A stretch of 48,218 nt of DNA, from positions 1-48,218 of IMG/VR virus record IMGVR_UViG_3300016649_000214. One strand, given 5' to 3'. Under the pieces are notes generated by a model, which was not told the DNA's origin, did not search any database, and saw only the letters and a list, made by a program, of their open reading frames with translations. Position 1 is the stretch's first letter; each line of letters begins with the position of its first letter. Shown here in pieces: positions 8,718 to 17,393 of the stretch. The stretch comes from a virus. Lineage: Duplodnaviria > Caudoviricetes. The position numbers were made by a program, and so were the translations under genes.

Positions 8718-11700
8718 TTACTCTGTGGCCTTTCGTGGTGCCTGGTGATAGGTGCTAATGGCCTGATCTATCGGGCCTCCATTTCTGATATCAGCGATAA
8801 TGGCCTCAATAGATACCATGTTGCCATTTTGCGTGGCCCGCGCATCAAAAGTGTGAGTTCCAGAAGAGTAGTCATTGAACTGTATTGAAACCTGAATCTG
8901 TCCGCTGCCACTCAGTTCTTTATTGCTGATGACTGAGCCATTATCTCCGGGGATCATGTACTGGCTGCCATTGCTGGCTTTGTAGATTTCAGGCATGCCG
9001 CCCTCGCCTACCTGGTACATCGCGCCCGCAGAGACTGGCCCGCCGTTTTTGCGCTTACCAGCCAGAGATGACCCTACAGCAAGGGCAGCAATCAGCGCGC
9101 CCAAGCCAATCACTGCCGCGCCACCGAAGGAACCGATGGATGCAACCAAGGCGGCCGGAGTCCATGCCGCTGTAGTCGCTGTCGCTGATGCTGCACTGGC
9201 TGTCGTGGTGGTGGCCAATGAACCGACCTGCGCCGCAGTCGTGGTAGCGATTGCTGCATTCTGAGCCGTTGCCCCCATGATTGCGGATTTAGCCTGCTGG
9301 ATACCCATTTGCACGAACGTGTTGATCACATCGTTCAAAATGGTGTTACCGATAGACTGGAGCGCATCAGAGGCTGACATGCTGCCGGTGATTATTCCGG
9401 TAAGAGCATTAGATGCCTGGGCACCAAATGCATCGACCGCAGCACCCAGCGCCTCATAGCCCACACTCTGCTGGGTAAACAGAGCCCATTGCGCATCCGT
9501 CCTGGCTTTTTCGTACTGCATATCAGCTGCATTTTTCAGCATCAGGGCCTGGTTGTGAGCAATAACACCTTGCTGCTCATACTGCTGAATTAGCGCAAGT
9601 TGCTGAGCATGCTGATTAGCCAGGTTCTGAACCGGATCCACATCTCCAGCGGCCTGCTGCTGCGGTGTTACAGCCTGTTGAGAACGGATTTTCGCGAGAT
9701 TGGCCTGGTGCTGAGCCTCCAGTTGCTCACTGGTTTGGTCATACTGCTGCTGGGTGATTTTTTTTGCGGCCAGTGCAGTCTGTAAGTCTTTTACATCCTG
9801 CGTGTAAGATGCATTTTCTCTGGCTTCAGGTAGCAGTTTTTCAGCCGCAGCCTGAGCCCTGATGGCGTTAGCCGTATCCCACTTTTTAGCCGCATACTGG
9901 GCAGCAAGTGCGAATTGCTCCTGAGTAGCTCCTTTGCCGAGCGAAAGCTGGGCTGTTAAAATAGACTGCTCTCTGCTTAATTCCTGAGTTGAGCTAGCTG
10001 CCAGTTCCGATTGCTGTTTCAAATTAGCCAGTTTTTGGGCAACTGACTCCGCCGAGGTGGCAGATCGCTTATCCTGCTGCTCTCCCTTTCGTTGAGCGTC
10101 CTGTCGATCCTCCTCCGCTTTTTGCAGGTCAAAGTTTTCGCCAGCAAGGTTCCCTGCCTTGGATATCTGATTGGGGTTATCCGTAACCTTGGCTGCCTGC
10201 ATCCTGGCTTTTGTTACGGCCCTCTGCCGTTCATCCTGAATTTTCAGTAACTCGTTCTGCTCTTCGAGATTCAGAATTACTTTGTCGCCATCAGCGGTAG
10301 GAGGAGAAACTTGCAGTGCTTTGGGATTGAAATTTTGTCCAGCCTGGTTTGCTCGGTTTATTTCGTCAGCAGTGTTTCCAAAAGCCTTCGCAACTGCGTT
10401 CTGGACCTGTTCAAGGGACCAGCCCTTTTGAATAAGTCCATCATGCACACCCATTGAGGTGAGCATGTTGTTTGTCAAGGTCCTGCTCGCTTCTGATGCA
10501 GTGTCCTGAGTTAGCGCTAGTTTTTCCTGAGCGTTAGCAAGATCGCGGGATTTCCTAGCCAGTTGATCTGAAACCTCTGCCTGCTGACGTGTGAAATCGG
10601 CCCCCTGCCCCATAGACTCAGCTACGGCTTTCGCCTCTGGGGTAAAGCTACGATAGCGGGCATTAAGTGCATCCACCTCAGCCTGAAGTCCAGATAACTC
10701 ATCTTTTTGCGCTCTGATTGATTCGTTCGCGTCGGCAATTGTTCCCCTTAACTGGGTGTTGTTCATTGCCTTCATTGAGGAGTTAACGCGATCAAGACTA
10801 TCAGCAAAACGAAGGGCTTCTTCTCTTGCCTGCTGGGCTTTCTGCCAAAAGTAGAAAATTGCAGCCGCTGCTAACATCGCCGCACCTGCAGGACCTCCAA
10901 TTAATCCTAACGCCCCCTTCAGCAGCCCTCCAGCTACAGATGCCGCCCTTGATGCTACAATCGACGCCTCCTGCGAGGCGATATATCTTCCATTAGCAGC
11001 TGTCGCCGCAGCCGTCGCATCCGCAGCAGCCAATCTTGAAGCGCTGACTTGGGCTTCCGCCTGAGCTATGGCTGAAGCTCTTGCTTGCGCTGTTGCGGTT
11101 TCAGCGGATGCCAGTCTTTGATTCAGCACCGTTGATGCTTGTTGTAGCTGAGCCATTCGAGTGGCTGTCGCGATACGCCCCTGATCTGTTATTTGTGCTT
11201 TCAGTCTTTGAGCTTCGAGCACTTTCTCAGACTCAATTTGCGCAATCTGGGTGCGTATTTGAGCGGCCTGAGCCTCCGCTAATTGAACCTCAGACGCTAC
11301 CGAGGCCTTAGTGGCTCTTAGCGTCGCAAGACGTCCCTCAGAAAGGTTCAATGCGGTAATTGTCGCGGCCTTTTCAACTTCAGCAAGACGTAATTTAGCG
11401 GCTGCCTCAATTTCTGTATCTTTGGCTGCAACGGCAGAAGCCTTGCTCTGGGCTATTGATGCAGCAGTGTCTTGGACTTTTGCGGCGGTAGCCATTGTTA
11501 TCGCGCCAACATATCGACTCCCCATGATTCCAGCAACAATGATAAGAGCTCCGCTCAGCACCTCAAGATTTTCACTTACAGAAATAACAGAATCTCGAAA
11601 CCCAGCAGCAAATGACTTAACAGTGGAATTTTCGCCAAAGAACTTAGTTACGTTATTGCCAGCAACCTGTAATCCCTTGGCGATCGATACGGTGGTGTTG

Positions 11701-12425
11701 GCAAATTCTTTACCTATTGCATCCCCTTGAGACAGGAGGCCTTTAACTACAACGTCTGTTGTCAGTTGCCCTTGAGCGGCCATAGCCCTTAACTGACCAA
11801 TAGAAACGCCCATCGAATCAGCCAAAGCGACCATGAGGCGGCTGCCTTGCTCTGACACTGAGTTAAACTCTTCGCCGCGCAGAACGCCTGAAGCAATACC
11901 CTGCGACAACTGAATAATAGCGTTTTCAGCTTCCTGAGCAGTTGCACCGGATACCGCAAATCCTTGGTTGATAATGGTGGTCAGACGGGTTAAATCTTCT
12001 GCGCTGGTGTTATATGTTCTGGTTCCGCGCTCAAGCCTAGCGTAAAGAGTCGCCGTACCGTTCAGGGATGACTGGGTTGCCTGCGAAACATCAAAGATCC
12101 GCTGCATGACTTCAGCCTGACTCTCTCCCGTGCGCACCGAGTTAGCAACTTTGTTATTCAGCTCAGTCCAGGCGTCGGAGTAACTTGCAACCTGCTGCAC
12201 AGACAGCGCAGCCAGTAATCCCTTGGCAACACCAGAGAGGCTGGACATTGTCCTCTCCATAGAGCCAATGGATCGCTCTGTGCGGTTAACGCTGGCTTCA
12301 AGGCGGCCCATGTTTCCACTTAACCCGTTAAGTGCCGCATCAACTTCCCGGCGAGCTGCCAGTAAGCGCGAAGTATCCATATCAACTTCGTAGAAAATGC
12401 TGCCAGCATTAATAGTTCCAGCCAT
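8718..12425 (-). CDS. Tail tape measure protein
   Basis: 1235 aa, Ala-rich helical; QLSQG..SGVLRGEEFNSV motif; C-terminal GGPVSAG..Y.VGE.G.PE. Confidence 0.95.
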   Translation of the reverse strand: MAGTINAGSIFYEVDMDTSRLLAARREVDAALNGLSGNMGRLEASVNRTERSIGSMERTMSSLSGVAKGLLAALSVQQVASYSDAWTELNNKVANSVRTGESQAEVMQRIFDVSQATQSSLNGTATLYARLERGTRTYNTSAEDLTRLTTIINQGFAVSGATAQEAENAIIQLSQGIASGVLRGEEFNSVSEQGSRLMVALADSMGVSIGQLRAMAAQGQLTTDVVVKGLLSQGDAIGKEFANTTVSIAKGLQVAGNNVTKFFGENSTVKSFAAGFRDSVISVSENLEVLSGALIIVAGIMGSRYVGAITMATAAKVQDTAASIAQSKASAVAAKDTEIEAAAKLRLAEVEKAATITALNLSEGRLATLRATKASVASEVQLAEAQAAQIRTQIAQIESEKVLEAQRLKAQITDQGRIATATRMAQLQQASTVLNQRLASAETATAQARASAIAQAEAQVSASRLAAADATAAATAANGRYIASQEASIVASRAASVAGGLLKGALGLIGGPAGAAMLAAAAIFYFWQKAQQAREEALRFADSLDRVNSSMKAMNNTQLRGTIADANESIRAQKDELSGLQAEVDALNARYRSFTPEAKAVAESMGQGADFTRQQAEVSDQLARKSRDLANAQEKLALTQDTASEASRTLTNNMLTSMGVHDGLIQKGWSLEQVQNAVAKAFGNTADEINRANQAGQNFNPKALQVSPPTADGDKVILNLEEQNELLKIQDERQRAVTKARMQAAKVTDNPNQISKAGNLAGENFDLQKAEEDRQDAQRKGEQQDKRSATSAESVAQKLANLKQQSELAASSTQELSREQSILTAQLSLGKGATQEQFALAAQYAAKKWDTANAIRAQAAAEKLLPEARENASYTQDVKDLQTALAAKKITQQQYDQTSEQLEAQHQANLAKIRSQQAVTPQQQAAGDVDPVQNLANQHAQQLALIQQYEQQGVIAHNQALMLKNAADMQYEKARTDAQWALFTQQSVGYEALGAAVDAFGAQASNALTGIITGSMSASDALQSIGNTILNDVINTFVQMGIQQAKSAIMGATAQNAAIATTTAAQVGSLATTTTASAASATATTAAWTPAALVASIGSFGGAAVIGLGALIAALAVGSSLAGKRKNGGPVSAGAMYQVGEGGMPEIYKASNGSQYMIPGDNGSVISNKELSGSGQIQVSIQFNDYSSGTHTFDARATQNGNMVSIEAIIADIRNGGPIDQAISTYHQAPRKATE

Positions 12426-12443
12426 ATAACTTTCTCCGGGAAA

Positions 12444-12468
12444 TAAAAAACCCCGCCGGAGCGGGGTT
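12444..12468 (-). terminator. Moron terminator
   Basis: AAACCCCGC-TCCG-GCGGGGTTT followed by a T run. Confidence 0.75.
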
Positions 12469-12493
12469 TGGTTATCTTGATTGGACTATGTTT

Positions 12494-12904
12494 TTATTTT
12501 ATGGCGCCTAAAATTATAAGTAAGAATATCAGCAATATCCCTGCACCAATCCACTGCCCAATGGAATTGGCCGCCTGTTCTTTCTCTAATATTTTATTAT
12601 TTATTTTATTCGTTTCATCGTCTACAGCCCTTGCTGCTGCATTCATTTCCTCAACATACACTTGGGACATCTCAACCTGAGCCTCTATGGGTGCAGAGGA
12701 GATGAAATTATTAAATTGGTCGGACAAATCCAGCGAAGCTGTGTGTGGATTTCCGCCACTTGCGATAACAGATTTAATTTCCATATTAATCAAAGACACA
12801 ACAGCCCTCAACCTTTCTCTGTTGGCGGAATATCTCTTCCCACCTCCAGGGAGGTCAATTTCTTTGTAATAATCCTCAGCAGTGCCAGGTATCTCAATTG
12901 CCAT
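12494..12904 (-). CDS. Moron protein with C-terminal transmembrane anchor
   Basis: Low GC; C-terminal WIGAGILLIFLLIILGAIK. Confidence 0.75.
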   Translation of the reverse strand: MAIEIPGTAEDYYKEIDLPGGGKRYSANRERLRAVVSLINMEIKSVIASGGNPHTASLDLSDQFNNFISSAPIEAQVEMSQVYVEEMNAAARAVDDETNKINNKILEKEQAANSIGQWIGAGILLIFLLIILGAIK

Positions 12905-12922
12905 ATCCAAACCCCTGGATTA

Positions 12923-13303
12923 TCAGTCAGCCCAGCCTGTCTTTGTATTAATGGCCGATTCAGCCATCGTATACTTCGCTACAACATCGTCTTTAAACAG
13001 GATTGTTAACTCTTTTTTGGTCCCGTTCGTTCCGTTGTGGAAGAGACCATAGAAAGGGATGAAGGAAGTACCATTCACCTTCACTTTTGCAAATGAGTAC
13101 TTCCAGATCTCATTCCCGCCGTCGGTATAAGACACGTTATCAGGCGATCCGAAGGTGTTCTTAACCTCTGCCTTGGTGGTTTTTCCTTCCTGAAGCTTTG
13201 ACTGGACGCTTGTTTCTGACTCTTTGCTGAGCTGCTGATTTCCTGATGAAGCACAGCCAGCCAGAGTTAAAGCAATCGCAGTTGCGATAAAAATTTTCTT
13301 CAT
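12923..13303 (-). CDS. Moron lipoprotein with SmpA/BamE-like domain
   Basis: Lipobox LAGC; G.TTK.EV...FGSP and W.Y...L.I.F pattern. Confidence 0.75.
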   Translation of the reverse strand: MKKIFIATAIALTLAGCASSGNQQLSKESETSVQSKLQEGKTTKAEVKNTFGSPDNVSYTDGGNEIWKYSFAKVKVNGTSFIPFYGLFHNGTNGTKKELTILFKDDVVAKYTMAESAINTKTGWAD

Positions 13304-13338
13304 TTTATATAATCATCCCAATGGTATTGTCGGGATAA

Positions 13339-13366
13339 ATCCTAACAGGGTTGCTTCTGGCAACAA
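13339..13366 (-). promoter_or_regulatory. Putative extended -10 moron promoter
   Basis: TGnTAGGAT on the minus strand upstream of the lipoprotein gene. Confidence 0.45.
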
Positions 13367-13383
13367 ACCCACAAATTTGGTCG

Positions 13384-14079
13384 TTATCGCGGCTTTTCTT
13401 TCCCCATCATCGCCTGCCAGCGGCGATCGTCTTCGTCCATAACCGCATCATACTCGTCCCTGGTGAACCCTTTTTGGTTCGGGTATTTGGCGTTGAGCAT
13501 TAATGCAAACTCCGTCATCGTCAGGTTCTCAGCCTCTTCCCGGCTTATACCGAAGTGATTTCGTGCCGCCATGATGTAGTCAGTGGCGCGAAACTCCGAC
13601 GTGGTCTCGTTGCTTTCATGGCGCTGCAACTGGCGAATCTTCGCCTTACCGACAATTCCGTGCGTCATCAGGTTTTGCGCGATGATAATCATATCCTCCG
13701 GTGGCAGACTGCCCGGCCGCCAGACGAAACCGCGTTTTCGCCCTTTCCCCGGACGCATCCAGCCGACCAGATCACCTATATCATCGTCGCAGCACGCCGT
13801 AAGCACGGTGTGAGCCGCCATGATGGCTTTGCGGGTAAGCAGGCCGCTCTGTATATATCGCAGCACGCAAACCGGAAGTCGGCTGTACTCGTCGCGGATA
13901 TAGGCCTCTGCTGCGCGCTGCACTAATGGCGTGACGTCATCGCTGAGCAGGTCATAGAACGTCTGAACGATTTCAGCCGGCTCACCTATGCGCGCCATAG
14001 CCCTGAATGACGGCCGGAAAAAGAATTCCCGGTCATCGGTACCGATAAGGCATTCGCCCAATTCTTTAATGGGGGTCAT
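13384..14079 (-). CDS. Tail assembly chaperone-position protein (DUF6246-like)
   Basis: Between major tail and tape measure genes; FFFRPSF.AM.RIG.P.EIV and HFG.SREEA..LTMTEF motifs. Confidence 0.7.
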   Translation of the reverse strand: MTPIKELGECLIGTDDREFFFRPSFRAMARIGEPAEIVQTFYDLLSDDVTPLVQRAAEAYIRDEYSRLPVCVLRYIQSGLLTRKAIMAAHTVLTACCDDDIGDLVGWMRPGKGRKRGFVWRPGSLPPEDMIIIAQNLMTHGIVGKAKIRQLQRHESNETTSEFRATDYIMAARNHFGISREEAENLTMTEFALMLNAKYPNQKGFTRDEYDAVMDEDDRRWQAMMGKEKPR

Positions 14080-14138
14080 AGTCGCTCCATAAACAGTATC
14101 AAGGGCGCAGAACGCCCTTTGTACTATTCACGACGTGG

Positions 14139-14903
14139 TTAGCTGATCGTGACCGCGCACGCCACCGAGATGATTTTTACCGGCGTCGCTGAGGAGTCAG
14201 TGACCTCACAGGTGTAAACCCCGGCGTCACCAGATACGGCGCTCGCTTTGTTAAACGTTGCAGTGGTTTGCCCGCTGACGACGGAGCCGTCTTTTTTCCA
14301 CACGTAGGTGTATGGAGACGTGCCGCCTTCAACCACTACCGCCATGTTCAGAGCAGACCCGGTAGCGACACTTTTGGTAGAAGGAAGGTTGGTAGTGAAC
14401 GCCAGTGCCGGCGGAGCGACTTCAAACACGACAGTGTCGGCGTCGTAGACCTTCCACTCACCGGAGAAGGTTGAAATGTCGGAAGTGCCGAAATCACCCG
14501 ACCATGAAGTGGTGTTGAAGTACCCCATGATGTAGGTCCCGGCATCCTCGCCCACAAAGTCGAAGCGGACCCAGACCGTAGGCTGGCGGCCGGCCTGCAC
14601 TTCATCGAAAATATATTTCGAGATAGCAATGGCGCCGATTTCAGTCGTTTTATCCTGCTTACGGAATTCCCCTTCCCCGGAGATGGTGAAATCCATGTTG
14701 TTGACCAGGTTCTCAACCAGACCTTTCGTATCGTCAGCCTCAGAGGTGACGGTATTCATGGAGTAGTCGAAACCTTTCGTGGTTAGCGCGCCCAGGCGTT
14801 TCCATTCGGAAAGGGCCGGAACGGTATCAGCACAGCCAAAAGCCATGCGTAGCACGGCCACCTTACCAATCAGCTTGCCGGTATCATTAGCACAGCCTTG
14901 CAT
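14139..14903 (-). CDS. Major tail (tube) protein with C-terminal Ig-like domain
   Basis: Tube domain followed by Y.Y.WKKDG...DAGVYTC.VTD Ig motif. Confidence 0.9.
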   Translation of the reverse strand: MQGCANDTGKLIGKVAVLRMAFGCADTVPALSEWKRLGALTTKGFDYSMNTVTSEADDTKGLVENLVNNMDFTISGEGEFRKQDKTTEIGAIAISKYIFDEVQAGRQPTVWVRFDFVGEDAGTYIMGYFNTTSWSGDFGTSDISTFSGEWKVYDADTVVFEVAPPALAFTTNLPSTKSVATGSALNMAVVVEGGTSPYTYVWKKDGSVVSGQTTATFNKASAVSGDAGVYTCEVTDSSATPVKIISVACAVTIS

Positions 14904-14917
14904 GTGTACCTCTCAAA

Positions 14918-14944
14918 TAAAAAAGGCCGCCAGATGGCAGCCTG
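14918..14944 (-). terminator. Putative terminator/hairpin before the major tail gene
   Basis: AGGCTGCC-ATCT-GGCGGCCT plus T run. Confidence 0.55.
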
Positions 14945-14961
14945 ATGGTTGATTCTGGCGA

Positions 14962-15345
14962 TTATTCGCCGTATGTGCAGGAGACGAGCAGCCGGGTTAC
15001 TAACCGGCCCTCTTCGGTGGGGATCGGTGCCGGAACGTTGCCGACAAGACTCAGGGCGCCGACGCAGTCATCGGCACCCGATTGCGCACTGATATGCTCG
15101 ACGATGGCGTTCACCGCGGCGTCCGCAGCATCTGGATTCGCTTTCGAAGAAATGACATCGACCATCACGTACCAGTCGCCGCCGCGGTCGTACTCGATAT
15201 TGGTGCCGCCGGAAGGACGAAACACGATGAACTGATCGGCATCCTTGCCGGTGTCACGCCATTGCCGCCATTGCACCTTAAACCCCGCGGCAAGCCCTTG
15301 AGCCACAAACAGGTCCTTCAGGCGCATATACATCGCAGGTGTCAT
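14962..15345 (-). CDS. Tail terminator/completion protein
   Basis: Position upstream of the major tail gene; P.P..TEEGR motif. Confidence 0.7.
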   Translation of the reverse strand: MTPAMYMRLKDLFVAQGLAAGFKVQWRQWRDTGKDADQFIVFRPSGGTNIEYDRGGDWYVMVDVISSKANPDAADAAVNAIVEHISAQSGADDCVGALSLVGNVPAPIPTEEGRLVTRLLVSCTYGE

Positions 15346-15710
15346 AGCGAAAGCTCCTTTTTAACCGCGGCGTCAATCTGGCTGCGGGTATCTTCGAAGC
15401 CCTTCGTTAAGAACTCTTTCTGCGCCGATGCGCGCCTGAAGGTCTGCTTAACTTCCGGGTCGTGTACGAACACGGCATAGTTAGCCGTGTAGCCAACGCG
15501 ACCGGTCACCCGCACGCCGTTTGACGTGATTTCCCGGAACTGGCTATTGATTAGCGTCGACGTATCGATCGGGGTGTAGAGCGCCGCCTGTGCGCTACCG
15601 ATGAGCATCGCAGACTGCAACGCGCGCACAACCTTGCGCCCCTGGACGTCTTTGATGATGCGATCAAGGTTGGCCTTGGCCTGGCGGATGCCGCGAACTT
15701 TAGCGCCCAT
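15342..15710 (-). CDS. HK97 gp10-like tail completion protein
   Basis: TPIDTSTL.NS, VGY.A.YA..VH and FL...FE motifs. Confidence 0.8.
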   Translation of the reverse strand: MGAKVRGIRQAKANLDRIIKDVQGRKVVRALQSAMLIGSAQAALYTPIDTSTLINSQFREITSNGVRVTGRVGYTANYAVFVHDPEVKQTFRRASAQKEFLTKGFEDTRSQIDAAVKKELSL

Positions 15711-15728
15711 AAGGTAACTCCAGACGTG

Positions 15729-15860
15729 AAAAAGGCCGCCGAAGCGACCTTATGTTTTGATGCTGAGTGAGCAGCCCTTTGCGTATATGGCAATGGCTAA
15801 TTGCTCTCCCTTTAACACCCCGCCCGGGATGACTACGCAACCCTTGCCCACTCAGCAAAC
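15729..15860 (-). ncRNA. Candidate structured ncRNA insert with terminator
   Basis: 13-bp and 7-bp closing stems, two inner hairpins, cUUCGg terminator; G-U wobbles favour the minus strand. Confidence 0.45.
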
Positions 15861-15881
15861 CCACTATAATAGAGCCATCAT

Positions 15882-16244
15882 CTATACGCCAGTAAGGATG
15901 GCATAGTCATCTGCAAGACGCTCGAACGTATCGGCGTAGCGAATAACCTGCCGTATCTCATCGGCCTCATCCGGCGGGGCAGTATCGGTTGACGCACCAA
16001 TAAGGATGTAATCTCCCTCTTTTGCCTCTGCGTATTCACTCCATATCGTGTTTTTGACCACGATTTCCCGGCCAAGGTCACCGATTTTCGCAGAGAGTCC
16101 ACCCTGGTAGTCGCAGAGAATGGCGATCGGCATTTCCCATCCGTACGGCTGACCTCCGCCGTCGGTATCACTACCGTCGGCATCGCGTATGCGCCGCCAG
16201 ATTGTCGCTGTCGCCGTGTAAGACCACGAAGCTATCGAGCTCAA
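15882..16244 (-). CDS. Head closure / head-tail joining protein
   Basis: A.WSYTA.ATIW N-terminus; TTG start with GGAG RBS; position. Confidence 0.75.
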   Translation of the reverse strand: MSSIASWSYTATATIWRRIRDADGSDTDGGGQPYGWEMPIAILCDYQGGLSAKIGDLGREIVVKNTIWSEYAEAKEGDYILIGASTDTAPPDEADEIRQVIRYADTFERLADDYAILTGV

Positions 16245-16246
16245 GG

Positions 16247-16567
16247 TTACTCCCTCCGCTCATCACCGACTCGCTTTTTAAGCAGCCCCGCCACGTCGAT
16301 GTCGATATCGTAATGGATAGGTCCAGCGTGGATTGCTTCTTCCGAACTGACCCGGTCAATCTCAAACCATTCGATATTCAGCGCATTGACCTGCTGGCCA
16401 TTCCCTACAGGGACAAAAAGGCCAACGGGGTCGCCGCATTCGAGCTGCAAGTAACGCTCGATAGCGATTGGGGCAACCACTGATTCGCGAAACGTCCTGA
16501 CCTCACCGTCAACGCGATAAATCACCGTCACGTTTAACGCGCCAATCATTCTTTTTGCATTCGCCAT
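16247..16567 (-). CDS. Hypothetical protein inserted in the head-tail module
   Basis: ORF with AAGGAG RBS, start MANAKR. Confidence 0.6.
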   Translation of the reverse strand: MANAKRMIGALNVTVIYRVDGEVRTFRESVVAPIAIERYLQLECGDPVGLFVPVGNGQQVNALNIEWFEIDRVSSEEAIHAGPIHYDIDIDVAGLLKKRVGDERRE

Positions 16568-16569
16568 TT

Positions 16570-16740
16570 TCACTCCTTCCATCGCAGCACGATTGCGCCT
16601 GCAGCCTGTATGCGAGGGCAGTTAATCATCCACTGTCCCGCGCCGTTAACGTAAGCCGTGGTTTGTTCGCCGGTATCGGTCATGACCCACACCCGGGTAA
16701 AAGTGCGCGGCAGCCGCTGCTGAACTGAAATCCAGGCCAT
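16570..16740 (-). CDS. Small DUF551-like protein (56 aa)
   Basis: Hand-translated MAWISVQQRLP...VLRWKE; TAATG coupling with the upstream gene; below the ORF-track cutoff. Confidence 0.65.
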   Translation of the reverse strand: MAWISVQQRLPRTFTRVWVMTDTGEQTTAYVNGAGQWMINCPRIQAAGAIVLRWKE

Positions 16741-17141
16741 TACTTATCCCCGCACATGCAGCCGCCTTTGCCGATCCAAATCCCCGCAAAAGCAGGCGTC
16801 GCCGTAGGGTCGGCAGGAATCAAGCCGGCAGCGCATCCGTATTTATCCAGGCCGCGAAGGAGGTTTACAGAGGCCTTCCATCGGTCTGAAAATGACTGGT
16901 ACCGGAAAGAGCGAGACGCTCCGCTGGGCGCTGTCTGGCTGGAAATGTACTTATCTCCACTCCCTAGCCCCATTAGAGCCAGCAAGTAAAGCTGAATGAG
17001 CAACGCAGTTGATGTTGGATAATGCGCATCGAGACATTCCTGAATGCTGTTTGCCTGGTCAATGAACGCCTGCAGGACAAAGTCGGGGATCTCGATGCCC
17101 TGCCCGCTGAGGTATTCCTTAGCCCGTTCGAGAGTGACCAT
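16740..17141 (-). CDS. Head-tail adaptor
   Basis: Follows the capsid genes; YISSQTAPSGAS.SF.Y motif. Confidence 0.75.
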   Translation of the reverse strand: MVTLERAKEYLSGQGIEIPDFVLQAFIDQANSIQECLDAHYPTSTALLIQLYLLALMGLGSGDKYISSQTAPSGASRSFRYQSFSDRWKASVNLLRGLDKYGCAAGLIPADPTATPAFAGIWIGKGGCMCGDK

Positions 17142-17201
17142 TATCGACTCCGTGAGAATTAAGCCCCGCTTTCACAGGGCGTAAAAAAACCGCTTTCGCG
17201 G

Positions 17202-17384
17202 CTATTCTTCTTCGCTTTCTGCTTTACGCTTCCGGCTTGTTTTGGCCTCTGGCGTCGCGGGGGTTAAATCCCCTTCACTAATCAGCATTACGTGTGGCTT
17301 TAATGAAGGGTGCAACCCCTCCATTTCAACCACCTGACCAGCGCTTACGCCATGCCACGGCTTAATGACCTGGTACTTAGCCAT
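17202..17384 (-). CDS. Small capsid-associated protein
   Basis: MAKY.V.KPWHGV..G.VV; directly after the major capsid gene. Confidence 0.65.
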   Translation of the reverse strand: MAKYQVIKPWHGVSAGQVVEMEGLHPSLKPHVMLISEGDLTPATPEAKTSRKRKAESEEE

Positions 17385-17393
17385 GCCATCCCC

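Noticed and set aside
13384-14079. Programmed G/GT tail chaperone frameshift
   Set aside because: A single continuous ORF with no downstream alternative-frame ORF before the moron; no convincing slippery site seen.
15844-15870. Plus-strand TTGCCC...TATAAT antisense promoter
   Set aside because: Only a 15-bp spacer; the G-U pairs and terminator orientation favour minus-strand transcription. Not fully excluded.
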